Source: Adineta vaga
Taxonomy: Eukaryota > Animalia > Rotifera
Direction of reading: 5' to 3'
Assembly: GCA_021613535.1 (NCBI GenBank)
Contig: CP075492.1
Coordinates: 10,912,001 to 10,976,000 of the forward strand
Length of the DNA: 64,000 nt
Under the pieces are notes generated by a model. That model saw only the letters and a program-made list of their open reading frames with translations, searched no databases and was not told where the DNA came from. Position numbers and translations under genes: made by a program. This document shows positions 38,166-56,400 of this stretch, one piece after another; the stretch's first letter is position 1, and each line of letters opens with the position of its first letter.

Positions 38166-39253
38166 GATCGTTCCTATAGAATGGAAAGCAATATTGAAAC
38201 GGCGCGTAATAGAATCAAACGATGTACAAGAAAAGGATAATATATCGATCTTCCTTTTTTTTCTTCTATACCGTTGTTCTTCTTTGTTTCTATGTACGTC
38301 TTACGAGCGCGGCTTTATGGCCTTTCACACTTCTCTCTTTGATATTTTTTCCTTATTTCTATATAATAGTACGTAGAACTATATTGATGATAATATTTGC
38401 CAATCAATAGTTCGTGTTCGTGTTGTTGTTGTTCCTCTTTTTCTTCTTCTTCTTCTTCCTCCTTCTTTCTACCCCAAAATAACTCAGCCTTTCTCTCTGG
38501 TTGGTCACGATATTCCTTACTATCATATTAGATAGTAATACATACATGAAACTATCATCTAAACGATGAGGGATATACACAACAGGTCATATGACGAAAT
38601 AGACTCTGGCATACATCTTCTGTATCTTTTATTACTATTGATTACTGATGACTCTCGTGATAAATGAAATAGCTATTCTCGATATGATCATGTATATATT
38701 AATCTCTACTCTTTCTTAACAGATCAATGAATATTTTAGCATTAATAAATAAAACAAGATCTTTTCTTTCATCTCTATCATGTATGAACAATAGAACACC
38801 TTCAATCTTCTTTGCTTAGAATGCAATTCATGTATATGATAAATATTCTCTATTAAACATGACAACATAACGATAGATAAATAAATATCTTTGATGGATC
38901 AAATGATGTTCGATATAGACAGAAAAACTATTTATGTTGATTAATAAAGTCGTAGAGGAGTATGAGGTTTATTGAGTTAATTGTTACTTAATATAAATAT
39001 GTCTGGAAAAAAAGTCTGACTGACCCTATTATAAACAATTTTTTCGTTGCACATGCATGTCATGTATGTGTGTCAATCATTAGCGACATCTAGATTTTAG
39101 AGACGCAAAGAAAATCCAATGTCATCCATTGAATATATGGAATTTGGAAGACGTGCACAATAATTTTTTTTTCTACGTATACCTAAAAATATATCATCAT
39201 CCTTCACGGATATCATATCATCTCCGTTTTGTTTTAGATAGAAAATCTTCAGC

Positions 39254-41201
<1,948 letters not shown>

Positions 41202-41467
41202 AAAAGAAAACAATCTAGTTTAACTATTTCAAACAAGAACCGTTATTATTTTTGTTGTCTTTGACATTGTATAATTCACTTCTATTGTGAGTAGAGTGTC
41301 ATTATACAAAAATAAAGACACCGACAGTGAATGGATCGCTTAAAATGTATGAATGATTTGAGGATACATATCGAGATGTTTCGCGCCGATCCTTTTTTTG
41401 TTTTGTTTTATTAATGAACATACGATAACTAATCGGAGGGGTTTTGCATCAAATTAGAAGACACAAG

Positions 41468-44400
41468 ATGTTAGATGATTTCCGTATTGAATGGCTTTGT
41501 CGTCGAACATGTCAAATGTTGAATATTGGTAGATCTACATTTATTGATATGTTAGAACGAAATAATGGTTCTAATGAAGATTTAATTGATAAATTTCTTA
41601 ATTCGAATGCTACTCTACATGAAAGATCCTTATGCATTGATATTTTATCGTGAAGATTCTACACGAGAAGTTTGGCAAATGGTTGAAACGATTGATGAAG
41701 ACGATTTCGATGAGGTAGATAAGAGAAGATATTGAAATGCACAATGACATGATATTTGTAGTTTGGTGTTGATGATGAAGATGAAAATGATCAGCAATTA
41801 ATACTAACTGTCAATGAGATTATTGATGCAGAAACTGAATATCCAAGTAAATGCATCTGATAAATCGAAAGAGTAGGAAAAGTGAAAGAAAGAACTTTGA
41901 TATTTCTCTTGTTGGAGATAGTTTTTGTTTGAAAGACAAATTAATTCAATAGATCTAAAATTTGATTAGTGGATTATGTATTCAACAATGCTCGTTCTTC
42001 TACTGGTGATGTAAATGATATAATGTACGAAAATCTTCGAAATATTCAACGTCTTCTCGTCATCAATCAACATGATCACAAACATTATTATTTTGCTTTA
42101 AAATCTTTTCATGAAGCATGTCTTTATTGTGAATATGAACAGTATCATACTATTCTTTCTATCAAAAAACCTTTTATTTATTTCATTCGAATCGATAGCA
42201 AACAAAATCTACTTCAATTATCCACATTTGATGAAATGAATTCTATTATGAATGAAAATATCATCGATGGAATAATTCCTGAAGAACAATCACTTCAATC
42301 ATTGATTGATATTTTATCTCTAGTTTATAATCACTTACTTCCACCAATAACTGATGAATCTTTACAGAATTCGTCGATAGAAAACATCGCTGAACGTGAT
42401 CAATTACGTTTAAGTTTGAATCGTTTTTGTTTACAAATTCAATCAACTTTGCGACAAATACAAGGAGAATTTACATTGATCATTCCAACGAAGAATTTAT
42501 TTCTTAATGGAGAAGAAACAGAAGAAGAATATATTGAAAGTCTTGAATATCTTCTCTATGATTGGGAAGCCATATTACATGAAGAAATGAATAGTGAATT
42601 AAATAAACGTGCCATAGAATCTACTCCTCTAGCAGAAATCGAATTTTGGCATGAAAGATCAATTCGAATAACGTCAATTTTAGAACAAATGAAACGAGGT
42701 TAATTTTATTCATATCTTTTGTATCGTTCATTGACTAATCTTTTTGTCTATTTAGATGATGTAATGAGAATTCTACATATTTTAACAGATCTTGATAGTC
42801 CTGCATTTGCCAGTTTTAATACTATTGAAAGTCAACTTCAAACTTATTTATTAGAAGCAATGGATAATTATAAATTTCTCCTAACAATTGAAAGACATTT
42901 GAAAACATTACAAATGGCGAAATCATTTCAAATCGTTAGTAATATGTTACCAAATTTGATGCAAGGTTTAAAAATCATTTGGTAAGTAGATCAGATGAGT
43001 TGTATATCTCAACGATAACTTTGAAGAATCTAATCTATTATTTTCTTTATTTTTCAGGACAATGTCAAAACATTACAATAAAGATGAATGTTTTGTACCA
43101 TTTATGGAAAAAATCGCAAATGAAATCATCAATCGTGTTCGAGAAACAATTGATATCAAAACATTATTTGCATCATATTCATTAATTCAAATTCAAAATC
43201 TTTGTTATCAAGCAAAACAATTATTACTTCAATGGAAAATTGAGTATCAAAATATGCGAATTAAACTTGAAAATGATAAACGTGGTTTTGTGTCATGGAA
43301 TTTTGATCATCGAATACTTTTTGATAAAACTGATTATATGTCTCAGATCTGTGATGATCTCATTCAAATGTCTTCGAATTTAAATGAATTTTATGATATA
43401 TTTAGTTCAGAAATGAAAGCAGTTACTGGTGAAGAACAAATGGTCGATCGTGTACTTGAACATGTTACGAATCTAAAACAATCATTTCTTTCATGTCATT
43501 TTGATATATTCAATCGTGAACATGCTCAACGATGGCATTTATTTATGGATGATTTTCAACATCGTTCATCTATGATTGAGCAAGAAGCAAAAGTTTTTAT
43601 TCGAGCTTCGTTCACTCAACTTCGTTCAGCAGAAACAGCATTGGATATGTTGATGAAATTCCAACAAATCGATACAACACATGTTTTAGCACATGAAATG
43701 ATGCGACAATTGACATCTATTCTTTCCAAATATTGCAAAGAAATTGATAGCATCGATGATCTATTTATCAAATATAAACATAATCCACCAATAGTTAAAG
43801 TAAATCATATGTGTATCTTTCATATAATAATAATAGAACAACGAATCTTGTCATTTCTTTAGGGTTATCCACCCGTTTCAGGTGCAATTCAATGGGTACG
43901 TTTTCTCTTCATGCGTATTAAACTTCCAATGATGAAATTACGTTCAGTTGATCAATTACTTCAATCTGAACAAGGTACTGCTGCAAAACAACGTTTTATT
44001 GAATTAGGAATTCGTCTCAAAGAATATGAAGATGAATTGTATGCAAAATGGCTTAATGCCATCGTTAAAATATTACCAATATATCTTAAACAAAGTTTAT
44101 TGATCGATGCTGAACAACGCCCAGATCTTTTTCTTCATAATCATATTCATCACCAATTTCTCGTTGATACTCCGACACATCGATTACCACTTTATATTAC
44201 AAAGAAAGGCTTAACACGTATGTCGATATCCAATGATGTATCACGATCAATTGGTAATCAATTAAAATCATACAAAGAAAAATGTCATCGTTTTCAATAT
44301 GTACTTGATCCGATGGATACAAAGAAGAAGATTGAAATCAAATATTTAATAAATTACGATCCAAATTTGAAAGAATCTTTAATTGAATGTTATTATTTAG

Positions 44401-47400
44401 AAAAACTTGGTTTTAATTTACCTGAATCAATCCTTCAAACAACATTACAATATCCCAAATTTGAACAATTATCCAATGAACTTCGTTCAATGCTTGAAGA
44501 TTATCATTTAACACTTGCATCACTTGATACAATTGAAGTTTCTCTTCTTCAATCATATCTTGATCAATTTCAAAAATTAATTAAACCAGGAACATCAAGA
44601 ATATCTTTTGGTGATATAGGAGCAATTGAATATGTGAAAGAATGTAAACATCAATTAGAACAATTACATTCAATTCTGAATCAAATACGAAAAATTTCAT
44701 CTGATATTCGTGAACATTTAGAAAGTTTTCGTTTTGTTGTGATGGATCCTATCGTTCCACGACATGATGATAGTGAGTTGACAAAATATTCAATACAAAG
44801 ATCGATTGATGAAAAACAATCGTTCTTATTTAGAAAGTTTGTTTGCTTGTCGAGAATATTTTCAATATCTCGAAACGAAACGACAGGAAATCATTGCAAG
44901 TTTAAAACGTCGCTATGAATTGATTGGTCCTCTATTAACCAAAATTGAATCATTAGTATTTGGTACAAATACTGGAAAACATAAGAACAGTGAGTAATAA
45001 ATCATTTCAATTAATTCTTTTTATTGAGAAAATGATTCTATCTCTATAGTGCGTTCTTTTTATACTTATTGGGAACATGAAATCTTTACTTCTCTCGTTG
45101 AATTAGTCATTCGTAATCTTTGTCAATTCTTTGAAAATATCTTTGGTACTTCATCCCTTTTTACTATTGATGTTCTTCTCGCTTCATCTTGCATAAAACT
45201 TCAACCACCTCTAGAAGAAGTGATCAATTCTATCCGACGTAGTGCTTATGGACTCAGTGAATTGCCTAAATATTTCGTACGATGGTTACATGGCACATGT
45301 ATACCATGTCCAACAACACCAAATGAAGAAATTGAACTATCAGCTTTTACGTTTGATAATGATGTTAAACAACATTCTGATGTTGTAAGTAAGAATTAAT
45401 AGATAAACATTTCTTTGACTGTATTTCACTAGATTTCAATATTAAAACCAATTCGAGCTTATACTTCGGGATTAGCGACTACTATTAATCAAATTTTAAC
45501 GAAATTATTAACTTACAACGATCTATGGAAAAATGATAAACAAAAATATACAAATCAATTTGCTTCAAAATCTCGTACTTATTCGGATTACAACGAAATG
45601 ATGAGTATATTCTCTAAAGTTAATCAAACATTCGATCGTTATCTTCAAAATCAAAATCTCTATTCAATTCAAGTAACATTGAAACAATTTTATCAAGCAC
45701 TAAAATATCATTGTCAAGATTGGATTCATCATTATGGACAACATCTATATATAAAAATGTCAAATAAACTAAAAGAAACAAATGATTTATTAACTAATCT
45801 TTCTCAAGGTCTTCATCATGATACTGATACTGTTCCTGATTTAAAGTATGTTTTAAATATAATCGATGAAATCAATCAACAACAAGAATCTATTGAACAT
45901 ACAATTGATGAAATTGAACAATCATATCGAATTCTACGTCAACATCAATTTGAATATCCTCAATCGGATTGGATACTTATTCAAACATTGAATCCTCGTT
46001 TGAAAGACTTAATTCAACAGTCACATATTGTTCAATATCATTTAAAATCAATTCGTGAACGTTTTCGTGAAATTATTCAGTATGATATTGAATTCTTTCA
46101 ACGAATCATCAATGAATTTGTTAATCGATTTGATCAAATCGGTCCATATACAATCGATAATGATCTCCAACAAAGTTTTCTTCTCGTTCAACAATATCAA
46201 AATGAATTGAATAAAATTGAACAACGTAAAATTGAATTAATCAATATGATGAAACTTTTTCATGTACCATTAATAAACTATCCACATTTAATACGTTTAC
46301 ATAAAGAATTATATGATTTAAATATTTTATTTGATCTTTATAATGAATTTAAACGAAATGAAAAACTCTGGGCAAATATTCTTTGGACAGAACTTGATAT
46401 GAATCAATTAATTGTTCATGTCGATGGATTTATCAAACAATTTCGACGTTTACCATCAGAAATCAAGACTACAACTATTGGTCGTGCAATAGAAAAATAT
46501 TTCACAGGTATTTCGATCGGTATAGTTCTGTATTTATGCTTTTTTATATGTAGATTTCCGTTCATCACTTCCCATGATGCTTGATTTAAAACATGAAGCA
46601 TTGCGTGAACGTCATTGGCAACAAATCATTCAAGAAACAAATATTGATATTGATGTAACTAATAATGTGCTTACATTAGGAAATATCTTTCAAATGAATC
46701 TACATCAATATTATGAAATTCTTCAAAGTAGTTTACAGTTGTTATTCAACAGAAAGATAGACTTTTAATGTTCATTTTTAGATATTCTTCAAACTGCAAT
46801 CAAAGAATTGCAAATTGAAAAGAATCTTAAAGATATTCAACAACAATGGGAAACTATGCGTTTTCAAATTCATAAACATGTTCGTCATATATTTGTTACC
46901 AGTTCTCAACAAGATCGTGGTTTTCTTATTTCCGGTGTCGATGAAATTCTTCAAGCACTTGAAGATTCAACCATACTTCTGAATAGTAGTATTTTTTTAA
47001 ATCTCCTATATTAAATTTTCTTGTTCTGATGGTTTCTTAGGTATTACAACATCACGTTTTGTTGGCATTTATCTTTCACAAGTAGAACAATGGATTCGAA
47101 TTTTATCTCTCATATCTGATGTGATTAAAATCTGGATTATTGTTCAACAAAAATGGATGTATTTAGAAAATATATTCATTGGTTCAAGTTTACAATTCGG
47201 CGATGAAGCAAAACGATTTGATACAACTGATAAATTATACCGAAAAATTATGTTAGGTAAAATGAATTTCTTCAACTGAAATCTTTTACTTCATTTGTAA
47301 TCCATTTTTAGAAACATCAAGAAATCCTTTGGTAAAAGACGCATGTACACATCCCGGTCGATATGATGAATTGAAATCAATATTATCTCTGATTGAAAGA

Positions 47401-50400
47401 ATTCAAAAAAGTTTAAATGAATATCTTAGCACAAAACGGCAATCATTTCCACGATTTTATTTTATCTCTGATGATGAACTTCTGTCCATTATTGGATCAT
47501 CGAATCCTGTTGATATTCAAGGATATTTACAGAAAATGTTTGATAATATTGCTTCATTGAATTTGATTCATCATGAAAAAGAACTGACTAATGCGGATGA
47601 ACATCAACAGTTGTCGATCTATGCAATGGGAATGATTTCATTAGAGAAAGAAGAAATGAAATTTTCAAATTCAATTGAATGTCATGGAAAAGTGGAAGTA
47701 TGGATGTCAAATGTTGAAAAAGAAATGAAAGGTTCAAATCGTTGGATAACAAAAGAAGCAATTTTTTACTATCGATTTCATCAGAATCGATTAGAATGGA
47801 TGAGAAAGTATATTGGAATGGTCGTTCTAGCAGTAAATCAATTGTGGAGTACATGGGAAATTGAAGAGTGTGTATTCGAATAATCTTACATTATAATATT
47901 CAATTAAAAATCTATTTTTTTAGCCAATTCAATAAAATGACAAGAGAACATCAACATTCTGCAATGAAAACATATGTGAAACAATTGAATTCTCAAATTG
48001 AAGAAATCGTTGTTGAAATGCGAAGAAATTTATCACCAAGTATTACACTGTTTGATTCCATCTTCTAAAAATGTCATCCTTTTTTTTCTAATTAAGATGA
48101 ATACAATAAATATGAAACAGTGCTTACCATTGATGTACATACTCGTGATATGGTTGATATTTTAATTCGTGATGGAATCACTGAATCTTATGATTTGTAA
48201 GTTAATAAATAAAATCCTTCTCATTATTCGATCTTGAATCTAGTGCATGGCAAAGTCAATTACGATTCTATTGGTTATCAAAAGAAGACAATCTTTATTT
48301 GGAACAATGCAGTGGAAAATTTCCATATGGTTTGTGATATCAATTAAAACTCATACTTATTTTGTTGAATAGGTTATGAATACATGGGTTTGAATGGTCG
48401 TCTTGTGATAACACCATTGACTGATCGAATCTATCTGACAGTGACTCAAGTAAAGATAGCCAATTCAAATGTTCTATTTGAAAACTTTTATTGATGTTTT
48501 TCATAGGCCCTATCAATGTTTCTTGGATGTGCACCAGGTTTGTAGAATGCATTGTTTACAATATTGGATTGTTAATTGTGATTTTTCTCTAGCTGGACCT
48601 GCAGGTACTGGAAAAACAGAATCTGTTAAAGATTTAGCAAAAGCGATGGGACTTCTTTGTGTTGTAACAAATTGTGGTGAAGGTAATATAACAAACTATG
48701 TAATCTCACCATCATGTCTGACTATATTCGATGATATTTGAGGGATGGATTATCAAGCAATTGGTAAAAATTTGAATGGTTTATGTCAAACAGGTGCTTG
48801 GGGTTGTTTCGATGAGTAAGCGATGACATTGTTCTTTTAAGTAAAACTGATTATTATATGATGAACAGATTCAATCGTATTGAAGCCTCTGTACTTAGTG
48901 TTATTTCTACTCAAGTTAAAAGTATTCAACAAGCTTTATCACAACGACAAACAGAATTTCTTTTCGAATATCATCAAATTCGTTTACAATCAACGGTGGG
49001 AATATTTGTTACAATGAATCCTGGTTATGCAGGACGAACAGAATTACCTGAATCAGTGAAAACTTTATTTCGACCAGTCGTCGTTGTGTAATTATCTCTC
49101 GTATTCATTGTTTTACTTATGTACAACTGTCTGCTTTCAGTGTTCCAGATATGCAATATATTGGAGAAATTAAATTATTTGCAAATGGTTTTCTGAAGGC
49201 AAGACTTCTAGCAAAGAAAATGGTAGTATTATATCGTTATGCATCAGAGTTACTTAGTAAACAAGTAATTTGATTGCTTAAATTTTATGTACTGTAGTAT
49301 TTGATGCTTGTAGTATCATTACGATTGGGGTTTACGAAGTTTTAAAGCTGTTCTATCAATGGCTGGTTATTTGAAGAGAACAACAATGAAAGATGATTTA
49401 GAAGAAATTGTTCTCTTTCGAGCATTAAGAAATATGAATATACCAAAATTTATTTCGGATGATGTTAATTTATTTTATACATTATTGAATGATCTATTTC
49501 CTGATATTCATTGTCCACAAATCCGTTATGAAGAATTAAATCGAATTGTAGAAACAATATTGATCAAACAACATTATAGTGTAATTTCAGAACAAATTGA
49601 AAAGATTATTCAATTATATGAAACAATGATGACACGTCATTCAACAATGTTAGTCGGACCAACGAGGTATACAAGTGATCTGTTTATATACTTTCGCGAA
49701 AAGCTGTATTTTGTGTTTTCATTGTAGCGGAGGAAAAACAGTCATATTAAATATTCTCGCAGAAGCACAAACTCAAATGGGAATAAAAACAAGTCTGTAC
49801 ACTCTCAATCCAAAAGCAGTTAGTGTTATTGAATTGTATGGAATGCTTGATCCATTAACACGTAAATATAAGCTAAGATGTGTTTCTATCAGATTTTATA
49901 ATAAAAGTCCAATCCTCTTTACTTCGATACAGATACTAGGAATTTTGATCGTCATCATTACTTTTTGTTTTGTACCTTGTATTGTGTAAGACTTGTCGAA
50001 TTAGAAGGTAATTATATTATAGGTGAATGGACGGATGGGATCGTCTCGATGCTATATCGAATGATCAATCGACCAACGACACGTACTGAACAACGCTGTA
50101 TTGTATTCGATGGTGATGTCGATGCGCTTTGGATTGAAAATATGGTATTATTTGCGGACATATTCAAACAGAGAGAAAATACAATACTTTCTTTTTTCTT
50201 TTTGAAGAATTCAGTCATGGATGATAATAAACTATTGACATTAGCTAATGGTGAACGTATTCGTTTACAAAATTATTGTTCTTTATTATTTGAAGTTGGC
50301 GATTTGAAATATGCCTCACCTGCGACAGTCTCTCGTTGTGGAATGATTTATGTTGATCCTGAAAATCTAGGTCCTTCACCAGTATGGAAACGTTGGTTAA

Positions 50401-53400
50401 ATATGAATTTTACTGATCGATTGAATGAAAAACATCAATTAGAATTACTTTATGAACGATATGTTAAAAATCTAATGAATTTAATCTATCAAGGTATAAC
50501 AGATACTGAACGACGGACAAGAATGAAAATGGTTCTTCCTCTGTTAGTAATCAATCATATATGGCAATAAATTTCAATGACATTTTGTTCATTTTAGAAC
50601 TCAAGTTAATATAATTGTACAATTAACAAAATTACTTGATTCGTTATTTTTACCTTTTATTCATAATGAAAAGAAAGGTTATACACAGTTAACTTCAGAT
50701 GTAATTCATGCAAGTTTCTTACAAGCAATGACTTGGTCATTTGGTGCTTGTCTAAAACAAGAAGATCGAATTACTCTAGATACTTCTATCAAATATTTAT
50801 CAGGTCTTTCAACAGTAACAGCAGGTTCAAAAACAAAATCTGGACAATTACCAAATGAAAAATCGTTATTATTTGATCATGTCTTTCAAATGGAAGTTGA
50901 TCAATGGCAAGTATGGGATGATCTCATTTCAAAATATGAACATGATCGATCAAAACGATTTACAGAATTATTTGTTCCCACAATTGATACCATTCGTTTA
51001 GGTATGACACATCATTAATATCTTTGTTCCACAGATTAAATCTATCAAATTATTATTCATATCATTTTGTTTTAGAATGGTTACTTCAATCGATGATCTT
51101 CATTCATCAACCTGTATTATTCGTTGGTGATACTGGTTCTAGTAAAACAGCTACAATTCTATCCTATATTCGTAAATTTCATACACAATTTATGAATTTA
51201 AAATTGAATTTTTCATTTCGTACGAAATCTATCGATGTTCAACGTTCTATTGAAAGTCACTTGGAAAAACGTTCCAAAGATACCTATGGACCAGCAGCCG
51301 GAACAAAGTTGATCATCTTTCTCGATGATATTTCTATGCCTAAGATTGATCAATATGGTACTCAACAAGTCATTGCTTTCTTGAAATTACTGATTGAAAA
51401 ACATGGAATGTATGAACGAAATGCTGAATTGAATTGGAAATTTATTACAGACATTGATTGGATTGCAGCAATGGGCACTCCAGGTATGCATTTGTTTGAA
51501 TATATCAAAAATAGAATGTCAATGATGATTTATCTTAGGTGGAAGTAATAATAGTATTGATCCTCGTTTTATTAGTCATTTTAGTGTGTTTTATATTCCG
51601 TCACCATCATATGCATCTCTTTTTCGAATATTTTCAACAATCTTACAAAATCATGTCCTTACATTTTCTTCTGAAATTCAAGATATGATTCCAAATATAA
51701 TTAATTCTACATTAGAAATTTATAGTCATATTCTTCGACAATTTGTTCCAACACCATTCAAATCTCATTATATATTTTCTTTACGTGATCTTAGTCGAAT
51801 TATTCAAAGTTTATTACAAACAACACCGGAACGATTTGATACAAGAGAACGCTTTCTACGTGTTTGGATACATGAATGTATTCGAGTCTTTTCGGATCGA
51901 TTTAATGATTTTAAAGATCACGAATTATTCATGACAATCTTAGAAGACAATTCATTGATTAAAGATCAAAAGAATTATATATTTCGTCGACCGATTCTCT
52001 ATGCTGACTATCGTACAGCATTACAAGAGGGTGAACCAAAAATCTACGAAGATCTTCAAGATTATTCAGCAATTCGTGCAATATTTGATGAAATTATTTT
52101 AGAATATAAAGAACAATACGGAAATATTGATATCGTTTTATTCAATGATGCATTAGAACATATAACACGTATTTATCGAGTACTTCGTCTAGATCGTGGA
52201 CATTTGTTATTAATTGGTATTGGTGGTTCAGGAAAGAAATTATTAGCCAAGATCGCTACTTTTATTGCAAAATATCAAATTTTTGAAATACAATTAACTA
52301 GAAATTACAATGAAATATCCTTTCGAGAAGATATGAAAGTTTTATTTCATCAAATTGGATTAAAAAATCTTAAAACAGTTTTCATTTTAAATGATGCACA
52401 AATTGTCGAAGAAAACTTTTTGGAATATATTAATAATATTCTATCAAATGGTATGATATCTGCATTATATACAGATGAAGTAAAAGGAACATTGGAGAGT
52501 TTATTATTTGACTTCATTTCTCTTCTGAATAGGAAAGAGATGAAATTATTAGTGAAATACGTGAAGAAGCATTGAAAACGATTCGAATACCATCGAATGA
52601 AAGTATTTGGGATTATTTTATTCATAAATGTACATTGAATCTACATATAATCCTATGTATGAATCCAAATGGAGATCTCTTACGTAATCGGTAAGTTATT
52701 CTATAGGATGATTCAACATATGTATGAACAATGAAAGTGTTAAAGATTCTACTATTTCTAATATAGAATACGAAATTTTCCAGCATTAATCAACAATACA
52801 ACAGTCGATTATTTTGCTCGTTGGCCTCAACAAGCTCTGTAAGTCTTTCTTCTTGAAAATATGAGGAGATAATACTTCTACTTAAATCGATCGATAGATA
52901 TGCAGTTGCTGAACATTTCATCACTCGTTTTATTGAATTCAAAACTCAAATCATTGAACATATGGCAATGGTTCATCAATCAGCAAATTTCTATTGTGAT
53001 CTTTATACAGAGAAAATGCATCGAAGTGCTTATGCTACACCGAAAAATTATCTCGATTTTATTCATACATTTCTTCATCTTTACAAACAAAAAACTGAAG
53101 ATTTAGTTAAACAAGCAGAACGATTGAATATCGGCATTGTTCGTATCGATGAAGCAAGTATACTCATACAAGAAATGGATAAGAAATTAGAAAAACAACG
53201 AAAAGAACTTGGTGACTATCATCTAGTTAAATTTTAAAAAAATCATTCTACATGTCTATTTTAGCGATCAAAACAAAGAAATGTGATGATTTATTAGTAG
53301 AAATTACTAATCTAACTGCTAAACAAACGGAACGAAAGAGTCGAGTAAATCAAAGAATATCATCAACAACACAATTGAAATGATTTCTACTTAGGCACTA

Positions 53401-56400
53401 GAAAAAAAGCAAATCGTTGACGAACAAATTATCATCATTGAAAAGGAAAAATATGAAGCAGAAGAACAGTTAGAAGAAACAATGCCAGCATTACTCGAAG
53501 CTCAACAAGGTCTTGATACACTCAAAGCAGCTGATATAACAGAAATGCGTAGTTTTGCCAATCCAGTTGATACATTACGATTAATCGGTTATTGTATGCT
53601 GATTTACTTAGGTCATTCATCAATCACTTGGAAAGATGTAAGTTTTTTATTTTTTTTTTCTATCATTATAATCACTCTTTTACTCAGGTTCGAGCAGTGA
53701 TGGCCGATATGAAATTTATCACAAACTTAAAAACTCGTGATCCTGATTTATTTACTTCGAAACAAGCCACACAATTGAAATCTCATCTGAAAAAATTAGA
53801 AGAAAAACTTGATCCAAATCATTTGTATTCTTCTATGGAAAAACTGGATCGTGATATGAAATTAGTCACATTAATGATCAATGTGAGTCGTGTGGGTGGT
53901 GGATTATTAAAATTTCTTCATGCTGTTGATAATTACATGGATACGTATCGTGAAATCAAACCAAAAAAAGATCGTCTATTAACAATTGAAAATGATTATG
54001 AAACGAATCTATCGGAATTGAATCGTTTAGAATCAAGTATTGAAAAATATACAAATATTTTGAATGATTTTCGTAAACGCTTCGATACAGCTATGGAAGA
54101 TAAAATTAAATTTCAAGAAGAAACCGATATTGCTATTCGTCGACGAACAGCAGCTGAAAAACTTCTAATTGGTTTTAAAAGTGAAATATTACGTTGGACA
54201 AATGAATTACAGCAAATAAAAGAATATAAAAATGAACTAATTGGAAATTGTCTATTATCAAGTGCATTTCTTACTTATTGTAGTCCATTTACGTATGAAA
54301 TTCGTCGAGAATTAATTCATAATCAATGGGAAAAGAGTTTGAAGGAGAAAAGTATTCTCTTAACAGAAAATTTTCAAATTCAAAACTTTCTTTCGACAAA
54401 TATCGAAATCTCTGAATGGACTTCACAAGGTTTACCAGCTGATGAATTTTCGATACAGAATGGAATTCTAACATTACAAACCAATCGATTTCCTTATTGT
54501 ATCGATCCACAATTACAAGGTCTTCTATGGATTAAACAACGAGAGAAGAAAGCGAATTTAAAGATTTTATCCATGAGAGATCGAGATTTTTTGAAACATT
54601 TAGAATTAGCAATTAAATATGGGTAAAGTTAGTTCGAACTAATCTACTAAATTTATGAAAAAATTTCTTTTAGATATCCTGTGCTATTCAAAGATGTGGA
54701 TGAATATATTGATCCAATCATTTTAGATATTTTATCAAAAAATCTTCAAGGAGATTCGACTCATCAATATATTAAATTAGGAGATAAGCAGATTGATATT
54801 GATCGAAATTTTCGCATGTATTTAACATGTCGTTTATCGAATCCGATATTGACAACACTTCATTTTTCCTATTCGAAAGTTATTAATTATACTGTGACAT
54901 TAAAAGGTTTAGAAGAACAATTATTATCATCTCTAGTTAAAATTGAACGACGTGAATTAGAAGAAATGCGTGAAACATTAATACAAGAAATATTTGAAAA
55001 TAAGCAACAACAAAAATCACTCGAAGATTCACTTCTAAGAGAATTAACAACGACTACAGGGTTTGCAATGAATTTATTATCTAAGTTTTACTATTGAATC
55101 CTACTTTTTAATTATAGAAATATTTTGGATAACACAGAATTGATTGAAACATTAGAGAATACGAAAACGAAAGTTAGTGATGTTATTCAAGCATTACATT
55201 TAGGTGAAAGAACTCGACAAGATATTGAAAATCTACGTGATACATATCGATTAGCTGCTCGACGTGGTGCTGTACTTTACTTTTCATTAATACAAATGTC
55301 AGCAATAAATTCCATGGTTTGTCTTACTACAAACAAAACACACACACACACATCTTCTTAACTCAATTGTTCTCTTTTTCTGTAGTATCAATATTCTCTC
55401 ACTTCATTTCTATCCGTATTTGAATTAAGTGTGAAAACATCTCAAACAAATATTAAATTAGATAAACGTTTACAATCTATCATAAATACATTAACCTATC
55501 AAATCTATTGTTACGGTACAACCGGAATGTTTGAAAAACATAAATTACTCTATTCATTTTTATTAACCATTCAAATTGAATTCGATCAACAACGAATAAC
55601 TTCGAAACAAATTGATTTTTTTCTTAAAGGTAATTTATCTTTAGAGAAATCATCAAAACCTATATTTAATTGGTTAAATTCTGATACATGGCATCATTGT
55701 ATACATCTATCTCGACATTTTCCCGAAAAATTTCATAATTTATTAAATAATATTCAAGAAAATCCAAGTGAATGGAAACAATGGATGGAACATGATCGAT
55801 TAGAAAGCTTGACTTTTCCCAAACCATTCGATGAAATACTGACGGACTTTGAAAAACTAATGTTATTGAGATGTTTTGCTCAAAATCGAATGATTTTTGC
55901 GATTAATAATTATATCATTAAAATAATGGGACAGAAATATATCATTCCACCGACGATTTATTTCGATTCAATTTTTGAACAATCAACAGTACATATACCA
56001 ATCATATTTATACTTTCACCTGGATCAGATCCAACGAACGATATTCAAAAATTGGCGGACAGAAAAAATCAATTGCAAAAGATTTCATTAGGTCATGAAA
56101 TTCATCAACATGAAGAACAAAAATCATTGCGAATATTAGCAATGGGACAAGGACAAGAAAAATTAGCATTACAAGCATTACATACAGCTCAACATCAAGG
56201 AACTTGGTTATTATTACAAAATTGCCATTTACTTCTATCTTTTTTAAGTGAATTAGAAAAAGAATTGGAAATATCAACAAAAACACATGTAATTATTTCA
56301 TACGAATGGATGAAGGAATATAGTATCGATTCGTTCTTTATTTTTAGCCTGATTTTCGTCTTTGGATGACTACTGAACCTATTGAAAGATTTCCCAGTAA

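Noticed and set aside
48683-48742. Rare GAG 3' splice acceptor in the dynein AAA1 region
   Set aside because: Still a GT-AG intron that restores the conserved NCGEGMDY; unusual but not a defect.
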